From contig JAZDNO010000014.1 in the NCBI GenBank assembly GCA_043799545.1, positions 22,795-86,794 on the forward strand: 64,000 nt of DNA. The letters run 5' to 3'. Every line of letters starts with the position of its first letter. The stretch's first letter is position 1. This document shows, piece by piece, positions 1 to 10,200 of the stretch. The position numbers and the translations under genes were made by a program. Under the pieces are notes generated by a model. It did no database searches, was not told the origin of the DNA, and saw only the letters and a program-made list of their open reading frames with translations. This DNA is from Methanobacteriota archaeon (GTDB taxonomy: Archaea; Thermoplasmatota; Thermoplasmata; SG8-5; DAIRED01).

Positions 1-2553
1 TTAGGTAAAAATGAGCAGGGAAAAACAAATTTTTTAAGAGCAATAGAGTCATTTCGGAACGATTATTCATATACTGAAGAAGATTTGTGTTACCTAACAA
101 CCCATAGCGATGATAATGAAAAAATACCGATAGTAACGATATTTATTGAGCCGAATGTCGATCTGAAAAAATTACTGCAAAAATATGGAGACACAAAAGG
201 GCAGCCAAATATTTATGGTATTACTAAATATTACGATAACCATTATACATTCGAACCAGATTCATTAAAACACATAGTCGAATTAATAAAAATAGAGGAT
301 AAACCTGAACCTGAAACATTAATTGGTAAAATATTGACTGCAGATGAGATTGAGAAAAACATTGAGTGGTTGGTGAGCCTTCAGAATGTTGATGGTGGTT
401 TTTGTTTAATGCCAGGGCAACAATCACAATTACTTCAGACCTATGAAGTAGTTCAATCATTAATTGAACTCGGTGGTTTGAGTAGAATTCATAAACCTAA
501 ACTTATAAAATATATAATTAATACTCAATCCGGCACTGGTGGATTTGGTAGTGCGCCAAACCAACCATCGCAAATTAGCACGACTTATTATGCGATTAGT
601 TTGTTAAAAATGTTAAATGAGTTAAGCAGAGTTAATAAAACAAAACACATTAATTGGATTATTGAAAATAAAACACCAGATAATGGTTATTCAAACCAAC
701 CAAAGCAACCATCGAACTTAAATTCAACATATCAAGCAATTGCGTCTTTAAAACAACTTAATGCGATTAATAGAGTGAATAAAACGGAGATATTAACTTA
801 TATAAAATCAACCCAACACGCAAATGGCGGTTTTAGTCCTATAAAAGGGCAACCACCACAAATGGAATTTACTTATGCAGGCATCAGAATATATAAAATG
901 ATGATGGCAATAAATAATGTCGACGTCGATATTCAAATAAATTGGATAAAGGAATTGCAGACTCCTGACGGTGGCTTCGGCAATACCCCGAATTCGCCTT
1001 CAACGATAGGGAGCACGTTTCAAGCGATTTCAACTATACATGAATTAAATGGCGATTTATCGCTAAAATATAATAGTCTTGAAAAATATATATTGTCATT
1101 AAAAAGTGAAGATGGAGGATTCAGTTCAATTTTAAATCAACCAGTTAATGCCGAGTCGACATTTTTTGGAGTACATTTGGTAAAAGCGTATGGTAAACAT
1201 ACGGGTATTTCTGATATAATGCATACTATCTTGAATAATCTCCCACCGATTATCTATTTTTCCGATATCAACCTATTAAATGATAAAATTGATATTAACG
1301 AGTATCTAGAAAACAGTGTAGAGAATTCGACTTTTACGAATTTATTTAATCTTTCAAATTTGAATTTAGAATATTTACAATCAATCGAAGATCCTCACAA
1401 TCGAAAGCGGTTATTTCGGTCAGCGTCAACAACAATTACTGGGTTAGTAAACGATTCATGGAAACAAGAAAAAGTCAATGTTAATTTAGATATTGATGGT
1501 GATGAAATATTAATTTACATAGAAGATGACGCTGGTGCTAAGGCAGATCCACCTAGTAGGAGAAGTGACGGATTCAGATGGTTCTTATCGTTTTATATAA
1601 ATTTTATCGCTGGAACAAAGGGCGAATTAAAGAACGCTATTTTATTACTTGATAACCTGGGTTGGGTGCTTCATCCTTCTGGTCAAAGCGATTTACTAAC
1701 AACGCTAGAGAAGATATCTCTGAATAATCAAGTAGTCATAGCTACCCATTCACCATTTCTAATCAATAAAGATAAATTAGAGCAAATCCGGATTGTTGAG
1801 CGTAGAAAGAATGATGGTACAAAAATATTTGACAAATACTGGCACTCAATTTACGACTCTTTAGCAATTATTAGAGGTTCCATTGGTGCAGATATTGCCC
1901 ATTCATTGTTTGGTTGTAAGAATAATGTAGTAATGGAAGGATATTCAGATGTGCTATATCTTGAAGCTATTTTAGAATATAACGAAAAAAAGGATCCGAA
2001 AGATAAATTTAAAGAATCAATATTTTTAATAGGTGCCGGTGGCGCTGATAAAATTCCAATATTCTTGACCTTACTTAAAGCAGAAAAGTACAAATGTATT
2101 GGTATAGTTGACAATGACACCGAAGGTAATAAGGTTGTATCAGAAATAAAGCATTCGAATACAGAAATTGATGTGGACAAAGATATTTTAAAATTGAATG
2201 AAATTGATGAGCAAAGAAAAGGAATTAGCTGTGCAATTGAGGATTTGATAGATGAAAAGCTATTTTTAGATATAGTAAATAAAGCTTATGATGAATTGTT
2301 TATAGCAAAGAATATTCACCCATTGAATCAAGGAGATATTAACACTGATGGATTACTAGTAAAAAAATATATAAAAGTTTTTGAGAAGAAAAACATTGGT
2401 GCATTTGATAAAATATTGGTAGCTAAAAAATTTAAAGAATTAATTTTAAACGATCAAATATCGGAAAAAGATTTAAAAGGTACAATAACGCGTTTTAATT
2501 CATTAATTAAAGTTCTAAAAATCAAGTATAAAAAACTTGGAGTCGATTTGTAG
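1..2553 (+). CDS. OLD-family ATP-dependent nuclease (ABC ATPase + TOPRIM) with an internal six-repeat prenyltransferase-beta-like domain; 5' end outside window
   Basis: Frame is open from base 1 (LGKNEQGKTNFL = Walker A). Signature region SRRSDGFRWFLSF, Walker B region ILLLDNLG..LHP, H-loop ATHSPF, TOPRIM VVMEGYSD and IVDND. Six (Q/K)xxxGG(F/Y) repeats at ~349-1197. About 30% GC in sampled lines. Confidence 0.85.
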   Translation, partial: LGKNEQGKTNFLRAIESFRNDYSYTEEDLCYLTTHSDDNEKIPIVTIFIEPNVDLKKLLQKYGDTKGQPNIYGITKYYDNHYTFEPDSLKHIVELIKIEDKPEPETLIGKILTADEIEKNIEWLVSLQNVDGGFCLMPGQQSQLLQTYEVVQSLIELGGLSRIHKPKLIKYIINTQSGTGGFGSAPNQPSQISTTYYAISLLKMLNELSRVNKTKHINWIIENKTPDNGYSNQPKQPSNLNSTYQAIASLKQLNAINRVNKTEILTYIKSTQHANGGFSPIKGQPPQMEFTYAGIRIYKMMMAINNVDVDIQINWIKELQTPDGGFGNTPNSPSTIGSTFQAISTIHELNGDLSLKYNSLEKYILSLKSEDGGFSSILNQPVNAESTFFGVHLVKAYGKHTGISDIMHTILNNLPPIIYFSDINLLNDKIDINEYLENSVENSTFTNLFNLSNLNLEYLQSIEDPHNRKRLFRSASTTITGLVNDSWKQEKVNVNLDIDGDEILIYIEDDAGAKADPPSRRSDGFRWFLSFYINFIAGTKGELKNAILLLDNLGWVLHPSGQSDLLTTLEKISLNNQVVIATHSPFLINKDKLEQIRIVERRKNDGTKIFDKYWHSIYDSLAIIRGSIGADIAHSLFGCKNNVVMEGYSDVLYLEAILEYNEKKDPKDKFKESIFLIGAGGADKIPIFLTLLKAEKYKCIGIVDNDTEGNKVVSEIKHSNTEIDVDKDILKLNEIDEQRKGISCAIEDLIDEKLFLDIVNKAYDELFIAKNIHPLNQGDINTDGLLVKKYIKVFEKKNIGAFDKILVAKKFKELILNDQISEKDLKGTITRFNSLIKVLKIKYKKLGVDL

Positions 2554-2554
2554 T

Positions 2555-3661
2555 CTACCCTTTCCTCGTCACCAGCGTCAGCACGTCCTGGTCCATCAGC
2601 ACGTGGTTCAGCCCGACCGTCTGCCCCGGGAACTTCGAGCTGGGGCCCCAGACGTTGGCGTAGCGGAACTTGCGCTTGAAGTCGCGGTGCAGCGTGTCGC
2701 ATATCATCCCGACTGTCGAGCCTTCCTTCACAACCAGGGGGTCTTTCATGTCCGCGTCCCTGCCCTGCGGCTTCATGTAGATGCTCATGAACTTGAGCCT
2801 CTGGAACAATTCTTCCTTGAGCTCCTCGAGGCCGATGTCCTTGTCCGCGGAGATGGGAATCACATGCCACTTGGACAAGCGCTTCTCCAGGTGGTCCAGA
2901 TACTCGGCGCCCACGAGGTCGACCTTGTTGATGGCGACCAGCGCCGGCAGGTATATCCTGTTCCCCGCCAGATAATCTATCAGCTCCTCCTCGCTTATGT
3001 CCTGGCGGAATACGACGTCGGCGCTCACGAGGTTGAACTCGTTGAGGATGGCTTTGGCTCCGTCCTCGTCGAGCTTCGTCAGCTTCACCGTGCTGTTGAC
3101 GGTTATCCCGCCACGGTCCTTCTTGGCGATGGCAATGTCCGGTGGCCTGGTGTTCAACCGTACGCCGACCTGATATAGCTCCTCCACGAGGACGTCGATG
3201 TTCGTCTCGAAGACGTCCCCCATGAGCAGGACCATGTCCAGCGAGCGCACGACAGACAAAACTTCCCGTCCCCGGCCCTTGCCCTTCGACGCGCCTTTGA
3301 TGAGCCCTGGCAAGTCCAATATCTGTATCTTCGCCCCCCGGTACTCCATGAGCCCCGGCACCACGGTCAGGGTCGTGAACTGGTAAGCGGCGACCTCGCT
3401 CTTCGCGTCCGTGATGTGGTTCAAGAGGGTGCTCTTGCCCACGCTCGGAAAGCCGACGAGTCCGATGGAGGCGTTGCCCGTCTTCTTCACTCCGTAGGAG
3501 AGCCCAGTGGAGCCACCGCTGGTCTTCCGCTTTTCGGCCAGGTCCTTCAGGCGCGAAATCTTTGCCTTAAGGAGGCCGAGGTGGTGGGAAGTTGCCTTGT
3601 TCTTCTGCGTGTTGAGGATTTCCTCCTCAATCGCCTTTATCTGCTCCTCGGGAGTCGGCAT
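2555..3661 (-). CDS. DRG/OBG-family GTP-binding protein with C-terminal TGS domain
   Basis: GFPSVGKST, YQFTTL, DLPG, NKVD motifs; N-terminus MPTPEEQIKAIEEEI (ATG 3661), so the track's upstream extension is not used. Confidence 0.95.
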   Translation of the reverse strand: MPTPEEQIKAIEEEILNTQKNKATSHHLGLLKAKISRLKDLAEKRKTSGGSTGLSYGVKKTGNASIGLVGFPSVGKSTLLNHITDAKSEVAAYQFTTLTVVPGLMEYRGAKIQILDLPGLIKGASKGKGRGREVLSVVRSLDMVLLMGDVFETNIDVLVEELYQVGVRLNTRPPDIAIAKKDRGGITVNSTVKLTKLDEDGAKAILNEFNLVSADVVFRQDISEEELIDYLAGNRIYLPALVAINKVDLVGAEYLDHLEKRLSKWHVIPISADKDIGLEELKEELFQRLKFMSIYMKPQGRDADMKDPLVVKEGSTVGMICDTLHRDFKRKFRYANVWGPSSKFPGQTVGLNHVLMDQDVLTLVTRKG

Positions 3662-3764
3662 CCAAGCGCCCTTAGACGGTCGGTACGTTATCAATTTTGC
3701 TGTCCCCCGAGCGGCGTCACCTTTATTTATCGCATCCACATGCCATCGTTGCCAGGCGTCTGAA

Positions 3765-5054
3765 ATGCCGTTCACCAAAGTGATAAAGGACAGTCTCGCG
3801 GAGAGCCACGTCATAGCTGACATGCGAGACTCGCTGAGGCACTTCAGGAACCAGCAAGCCGATGCCAAACAGCTCATACTGGCCTCCCTCATTTCGGGCT
3901 TCGGGAGCGTGCTGTCGGGTTTCATCCTCGTCCTTTACGTGAATCAGTTCGCAGGGGGAACAGTGGCCTTCGGCTCGATAATGCTCGTGAGCGGCGTTGC
4001 CAACATAATGGTGCTGATGTTCAGCGGGCTGCTGGGCGACTGGGTGGGGCACAAGCCGGTGCTGCTTCTCGCGGGCGTCCTGGCGATTTGCGGGACCGCC
4101 CTCTACGCATCGTTCACCTCTCTTCAGATTTTCTTCGCCGCGGCCGCGCTGGGCGGAGCGAGCGGCGGCCTGGCGGGTCCGGCGACGAATGCGCTCCTGG
4201 CCGAGAAGAGCTCCACGAGCGAATCGAAGTACGTCTTCAGCTATGCATCGTTCGTCGGAACGCTGGCGGGGGCGGCCGGGAACCTGATAGGGGGCATGAT
4301 TCCCATGATATTCAGCAGGTTCATGGACTTCGGGCCGGTGCGGAACTATCAGATGGTGTTCTACTTCGCCGTCGTCTTCCAGGCAATCGGATGGCTATTG
4401 CTCCTGCGCGTCCCCGAGGAACCGCACTGCCACGTGGCCAGGGCCGTGACGAGCGGGGAGCGGAAGAGCGCGTGGCGTTGGATAGCGATGTTCGCTTTGC
4501 CGCAGGCCGTGATTGGATTCGGCGCCGGGTTCGTGATACCCTATTTTCAGGTTTTCTTCGAGCTGCGGTTCGGAGTGTCTGTCGAGGTGATAGCCGTGGC
4601 TTTCATGTTCAATTCGCTGGTGATGGCCGCAGCGCTCCTGCTCATCCCCAAGGCCGCCGAGCGCCTGGGCAGCATGCACGCCACCATGGCCACGCAAATA
4701 GGGGCGATTGTGCTCCTCGTAATCATCCCCTTCGTTCCGCCCCCTCACTACTGGCTATGCGTCGTCCTGTTCATCGCCAGGATGGTGCTGATGAACGTGT
4801 CCGGTCCGATAATCACGGCCTACATGATGCAGAAGGTCCCGACGCACGCGCGCGGCACAGCCACGAGCATGACGATGATAGCCTGGATTTCATCCAATTC
4901 CCTCGGGATGTTCTTCGGAGGCTTCATGTGGAACGGCGCCAGCGCTGGGTACGTCCCCCAGTTCATCATCTGCACATCCCTTTACATAGCGGCGACGTGC
5001 CTCTACGCCAGCTTCTTCCTGAAGGCGGATGACAAGGCGCCGGCTGCCAGTTAA
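3765..5054 (+). CDS. MFS transporter
   Basis: About 12 hydrophobic segments, motif A-like GLLGDWVGHK and AAERLG; start set at ATG 3765. Confidence 0.88.
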   Translation: MPFTKVIKDSLAESHVIADMRDSLRHFRNQQADAKQLILASLISGFGSVLSGFILVLYVNQFAGGTVAFGSIMLVSGVANIMVLMFSGLLGDWVGHKPVLLLAGVLAICGTALYASFTSLQIFFAAAALGGASGGLAGPATNALLAEKSSTSESKYVFSYASFVGTLAGAAGNLIGGMIPMIFSRFMDFGPVRNYQMVFYFAVVFQAIGWLLLLRVPEEPHCHVARAVTSGERKSAWRWIAMFALPQAVIGFGAGFVIPYFQVFFELRFGVSVEVIAVAFMFNSLVMAAALLLIPKAAERLGSMHATMATQIGAIVLLVIIPFVPPPHYWLCVVLFIARMVLMNVSGPIITAYMMQKVPTHARGTATSMTMIAWISSNSLGMFFGGFMWNGASAGYVPQFIICTSLYIAATCLYASFFLKADDKAPAAS

Positions 5055-5111
5055 TTATACATAAAGCTTATAATCCCCCCAACGTTAAGGGGCTTTCCCG
5101 CGAGGATTCAC

Positions 5112-5294
5112 ATGGCTGAAAAGATGAAGTACACGAGGTTCGAGAAGGCGCGCATCATAGGCGCCAGGGCGCTCCAGATAAGCATGGGGGCACCCGTTCT
5201 TATAGAGCTTGCGATAGAGATGATAGACCCTGTCAACATCGCGATGTACGAGTACCAAGAGGACGCCATCCCCATAACGGTCCGGAGGGATTAG
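5112..5294 (+). CDS. rpoK: RNA polymerase subunit K (Rpo6)
   Basis: [22 protein letters not shown] signature. Confidence 0.97.
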   Translation: MAEKMKYTRFEKARIIGARALQISMGAPVLIELAIEMIDPVNIAMYEYQEDAIPITVRRD

Positions 5295-5300
5295 GCCGGG

Positions 5301-6500
5301 ATGTCGATAATAAATTACGCTGCAATAAGGAAGATACTGGACAGCAGGGGCCGTCCGACGGTCGAGGTGGAGCTCGCGACAGAATCCGGCTTCGGCAAGG
5401 CCGCCGCGCCGTCGGGGGCGAGCACAGGCAAGTACGAGGTATGCGCCTTTCCGAAGAAGGGCGTTGACGAGGCGATTCTCACTTTCGAAAAGGACGTAGC
5501 GCCCGAGATACTGGGTATGGACTCGGAGGACCAGCGCGGGTTCGACGAGGCGCTGATGGACATCGACGGCACAAAGAACTTTTCCAAGATTGGCGGCAAT
5601 GTTGCGGTCGCCGCATCGCTGGCCTGCGCAAAGGCGTCGGCGGACGAGCTAGGCATACCGCTTTTCAGATACGTCGGCGGTTCGCTGGTGTGCGACCTTC
5701 CGGTCCCGGCCGGCAACGTGATTGGCGGTGGGGCCCACGCGGTCGGAGGAACGAACATCCAGGAGTTCCTGGTGCTCTCGCTTTCGGACACTTTCTCCCA
5801 GGCGGCTTTCGGCAACGCTACGACGCACGCCGAGGTCAAGGCCCGTCTCTCGAAGCTCTGCCCGGGCGCGCTCGGCAAGGGCGACGAAGGCGCATGGGTG
5901 GCCCAGATTGGCGACGAGCAGGCGCTCAAGGTCATCAACGACGCGTGTAAAAAGGTCGGCGGCGACTTGGGATTCGACATCCGCCCCGGCATGGATGTAG
6001 CGGCCTCCGAGTTATTCTCCAAGGGCAAGTACCATTACGGCAAGAAGGTCCTCAGCGTCAAGCAGCAGATTGAATTCATGGCCTCTTTGGTCGAGAAGTA
6101 CGAGGTAATCTACCTGGAGGACCCTCTGGAGCAGGAGGGCTTCGAGTCTTGGGCCGAGCTCACGGACCTGGTCAGCGAGAACTGCCTCGTCATAGGCGAC
6201 GACATCTTCGTCACCAACACCGAGCGCATAGAGAGGGGCATCGAGATGGGGGCTGCCAACGCAGTGCTCATCAAGCCCAACCAGATAGGCACCCTGACGG
6301 GAACGATAGAGGCTGTGAAGATGGCCCACCTCGCAGGCTACGAGACGATAGTTTCGCACCGCAGCGGCGAGACCACCGACTCGACAATCGCTCATCTGGC
6401 CGTTGCATTCTGCTCCTTCGGCATAAAGACCGGGACCGTCGGCGGGGAGCGAATAGCCAAGCTCAACGAGCTCATCAGAATCGAAGAGATGTTGGAGTGA
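5301..6500 (+). CDS. eno: Enolase
   Basis: ILDSRGRPTVEV, PSGASTG, SHRSGET, KLNELIRIEE. Confidence 0.97.
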   Translation: MSIINYAAIRKILDSRGRPTVEVELATESGFGKAAAPSGASTGKYEVCAFPKKGVDEAILTFEKDVAPEILGMDSEDQRGFDEALMDIDGTKNFSKIGGNVAVAASLACAKASADELGIPLFRYVGGSLVCDLPVPAGNVIGGGAHAVGGTNIQEFLVLSLSDTFSQAAFGNATTHAEVKARLSKLCPGALGKGDEGAWVAQIGDEQALKVINDACKKVGGDLGFDIRPGMDVAASELFSKGKYHYGKKVLSVKQQIEFMASLVEKYEVIYLEDPLEQEGFESWAELTDLVSENCLVIGDDIFVTNTERIERGIEMGAANAVLIKPNQIGTLTGTIEAVKMAHLAGYETIVSHRSGETTDSTIAHLAVAFCSFGIKTGTVGGERIAKLNELIRIEEMLE

Positions 6501-6504
6501 TTAA

Positions 6505-7128
6505 ATGGAGAACGAGCAGCCAGCACAACCGCAGGCGGACCTCCTGATTCCGGAGGACACATACCTGACGTCGGGCGTGCACATCGGAACGCAGCAGAAG
6601 AGCGCAGACATGATGCAGTTCGTCTTCAAGGTGAGGACGGACGGGCTCTACGTCATGGACATCAGGCAGACTGACCAGCGGCTCCGCGTCGCCTCGAAGT
6701 TCCTGTCCAGGTACGACCCAGACAAGATACTCATAGTCTCGGCGAGGCAGTACGGTCAGAAGCCCGCCAAGATGTTCGCCAAGGCGATTGGCGCCAGGAT
6801 TTTCGCCGGGCGCTTCGTCCCAGGCACCATGACTAACCCCAATCTTTCAGTTTACGTGGAGCCAAGCGTGCTCCTCGTAACAGACCCTGCGGCGGACCAG
6901 CAGGCGCTGCGCGAGGCAATGAGCATCGGCGTGCCGATTGTCGGGCTGTGCGACGCGAATAACGAGACGCGGAACGTGGACCTGGTAATCCCCACAAACA
7001 ACAAGGGGCGAAAAGCGCTCGCCACGGTTTACTGGCTCCTCACCCGCGAAACGCTGAAGGCGCGCGGAGACATCAAGACGAATGAGGATTTCGCACCAAA
7101 ACTGGACGATTACGAAGCGAGCCTGTAA
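6505..7128 (+). CDS. rps2: 30S ribosomal protein uS2
   Basis: [31 protein letters not shown]. Confidence 0.97.
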   Translation: MENEQPAQPQADLLIPEDTYLTSGVHIGTQQKSADMMQFVFKVRTDGLYVMDIRQTDQRLRVASKFLSRYDPDKILIVSARQYGQKPAKMFAKAIGARIFAGRFVPGTMTNPNLSVYVEPSVLLVTDPAADQQALREAMSIGVPIVGLCDANNETRNVDLVIPTNNKGRKALATVYWLLTRETLKARGDIKTNEDFAPKLDDYEASL

Positions 7129-7225
7129 TAGCGAGCATTAAAACATTTCCAGACTTTGCATTCCTATTCGATTAGAGGATAATTGATAAATACCGGCACA
7201 CTTATTTCCACCCGTGGTGTGGGCG

Positions 7226-10200
7226 ATGAAGAAATTTGCATCCGGTTGGTTGTGCGTAGTTGTTATCCTGAGCTCATCGTGGGTGGCACTGGATTTGGGG
7301 TTAAAGGTTAAAGCTGATGGATACGGTGACTATCCGCCGCCATTGGCAGGGGATTGGCATATCAACACCGATACCTACGTCGGTAATGAAACAATCATTC
7401 TAGACGGCAATCTTTGGGTTGAATCTGGCTCGACATTGACATTTTACAATGCGAACCTGAGAATGGACAATACGTTCAACGGCGAGCACAACATCCTTGT
7501 GAATGGTACTTTCAATATAAACAATTCGATGATAACGAGCCATGATGGCGTCAACAGATATCTATTTGAATTTCAGGGTTTCAGCGATGGATTGTTTGAA
7601 AAAGCCAACATCAGCTACTGCGGATACGACAACGACCACCGAGGATTCACGGTGTCCGTACCAGACCTTGTCGTGAAGAATTCTACTTTTGACAGGGGAT
7701 ACTTCGGTGTGACACTTCAAACTGATGGTCCGGAATTCTATAACGTGTCCATCACCAATACGGAAGGCAACGGCATGGTATTTTACGGCCCGAACAGCGT
7801 TTTCCAGGATTCTATCATACGCAATTGCACCAACGTGGGCCTGCAAATAGGCTTTAGCGATGCCACAATCACGAACGTCACGATCGAGGATTGCTGGCTT
7901 AGCAACGTCGCCGCTGCTAGCGGCAATGTGTTGTTGGTCAATTCGACATTGAGCAATGCCACTCTGTACTCGGTGCTCCTATCGACCGGTGCCCACCTCA
8001 CATACTTGAACACTACAGATACAAATAACGGATATTACTTTGACGCTGGAACCAGCATGACAAAGAAATGGTTCCTGAACGCCAAGGTGGTGAACGAATC
8101 CGGAAATCCAGTCGTGGGAGCCACGGTACGTGTCAGGGACAACGAAAACGGGACTTACGATGCCAACTTCACAACGGATGCAACAGGTTGGGCGAGATGG
8201 ATCGTGGTCAACGAGTCCTGGGAGAACGAGACAAACGCAATCATCTACACACCACATCAGATTTCGGTTTCCAATGCCACACTGTCTAAAGAGTCCATCC
8301 CCATGCAGATCATGAACCGCAGCAAAAATTTGGTAATCGATTTGGATTCTGCCCTCACTATCCATCTTCCTATCCGTATAAACTCGGACGCGGACTTCGA
8401 TGCGGCGCATGGCGTCGTCAACGAGGCGACTGGCGACGGCTCAGCTGGAAACCCGTGGATCATCGAGAACTACGACATCAACGGCACTGGATACGGATAC
8501 TGCATATATGTCGGGAACACCACTGATTATTTCGTCGTGAGAAATTGCAATTTGCACGAGTCGGGTGGAGTATCATCTTGGCCATATTATACTGGATCTG
8601 GTATCTTGGTAAATAACATACGAAATGGTGTATTATTTAACAACACATTGGCCGATAATAATAATGGCATTCATATATTCGGTTCAAATACCAATCTGAT
8701 TCAAAATAATGGAATCAATGATAACCACAATGGAATTAATGTGGAATTTTCTGCAGGTAATAGCATTCGAGACAATGTGGTTGAGAACAACGATTATGGT
8801 ATCATATTATACCATTCTACCTACAATACTTTGGCTAATAATTCGATGATTAAGGATGGAATATTCATTCGAAGCGGTGATATCGAACATTGGAACACAC
8901 ATAACATCGATAACACAAATACCGTGGATGGCCGCCCAGTTTATTATCTTAAAAATGTAACGTCGGGGAGCATACCGTCCGATGCCGGGCAAGTCATATT
9001 GGCCAACTGTTCCGGCATCAGTGTAAGCAATCTCAGTCTCCAATATGCCGACGCTGGGATTATGATTGGCTATTCAGATAACATCACAGTAAGAAATAAC
9101 ATAATTGTCGGCATCAATTGGTATTGTGACGACAGCGGAATCTTAATGGATAATACTGAGAATGTTAGCGTGGTCAACAACACGATATCTATGTATTCCT
9201 ATGGAATAACTCTTGATAGTTCAGAGTATAACGCACTAGATAGAAACACAATTATCAGTTGCATGGATGGCATTGTTATCCGAGAGGGATATAATCACAA
9301 TATTTCGAACAACTCATTATTGTCTTGTTATCAAGGCATTTTCACATATCCTGGCTGCCGATCAAACATGATCTTTTCAAATCAAATTACAAGTAATGGA
9401 TATGGAATACGGATATGGCAGGGTAACAATAACTCCATTGCGAATAATGATTTTGACCAAAATAACTATGGAATATACCTATCATTTTCATGGGATATCT
9501 GGGCGGGCAGCAACAATACGATATATCATAACAACTTCATCAGCAGCTTTACATATCACGCAGTAGATTCTACATACAACGATTGGAACTTGTCCTACCC
9601 GATTGGCGGTAACTATTGGAGCGATTATACTGGCGTCGATTTAAATGACACACCAGCGCAGAATGTTCCCCCACCAGACGGCATCGGCGACACGCCGTAC
9701 ACGAGCATCGACAGCACGACTGGAGCCCAAGATAACTACCCGCTGATGCATCCAATAGGTTATCCGATTGTCATTTCCACTCTGCCACCATCGGGAGGAA
9801 TCAACATTTCAACCGGAATGTCAGTCACCGTTATTTTCAGCCAGAGCCTGAACACTTCGGTGACGCCGGTATTGACGCAAACGGCCGGCAGCCCCGTCAC
9901 CTACGCCTTCCAGGGTTGGAGCCAGACAAACGTCGCCAACGACACGGCCACGTGGACGCATGGCAATTGGGCGCAGAACAACCTGGTTACAATCGTGGTT
10001 TCGAATTTCATGGATTTGAGCGGCGGCGCTGGGTTCAATCACGCATTTTCATTCAGGACCGCCGACACCATCAGCCCCGTCTCCAGCGTCAACACAATCG
10101 CTGGCTACTGGAAAACGACGTCTCCCATGACAATCGGGGCGTCGGCGAGCGACGGAACCGGCAGCGGCGTTGCCTATGTGGAACTATGGAGCCGGGCATC

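Noticed and set aside
349-1197. Active archaeal protein prenyltransferase
   Set aside because: No DxC zinc-ligand motif and no alpha-subunit gene in the window; the domain is embedded in a nuclease.
3662-3925. N-terminal extension of the DRG GTPase and the reciprocal extension of the MFS gene (3507-3764)
   Set aside because: Both extensions are antisense shadows of the other gene and the shared promoter region; conserved starts are 3661 and 3765.
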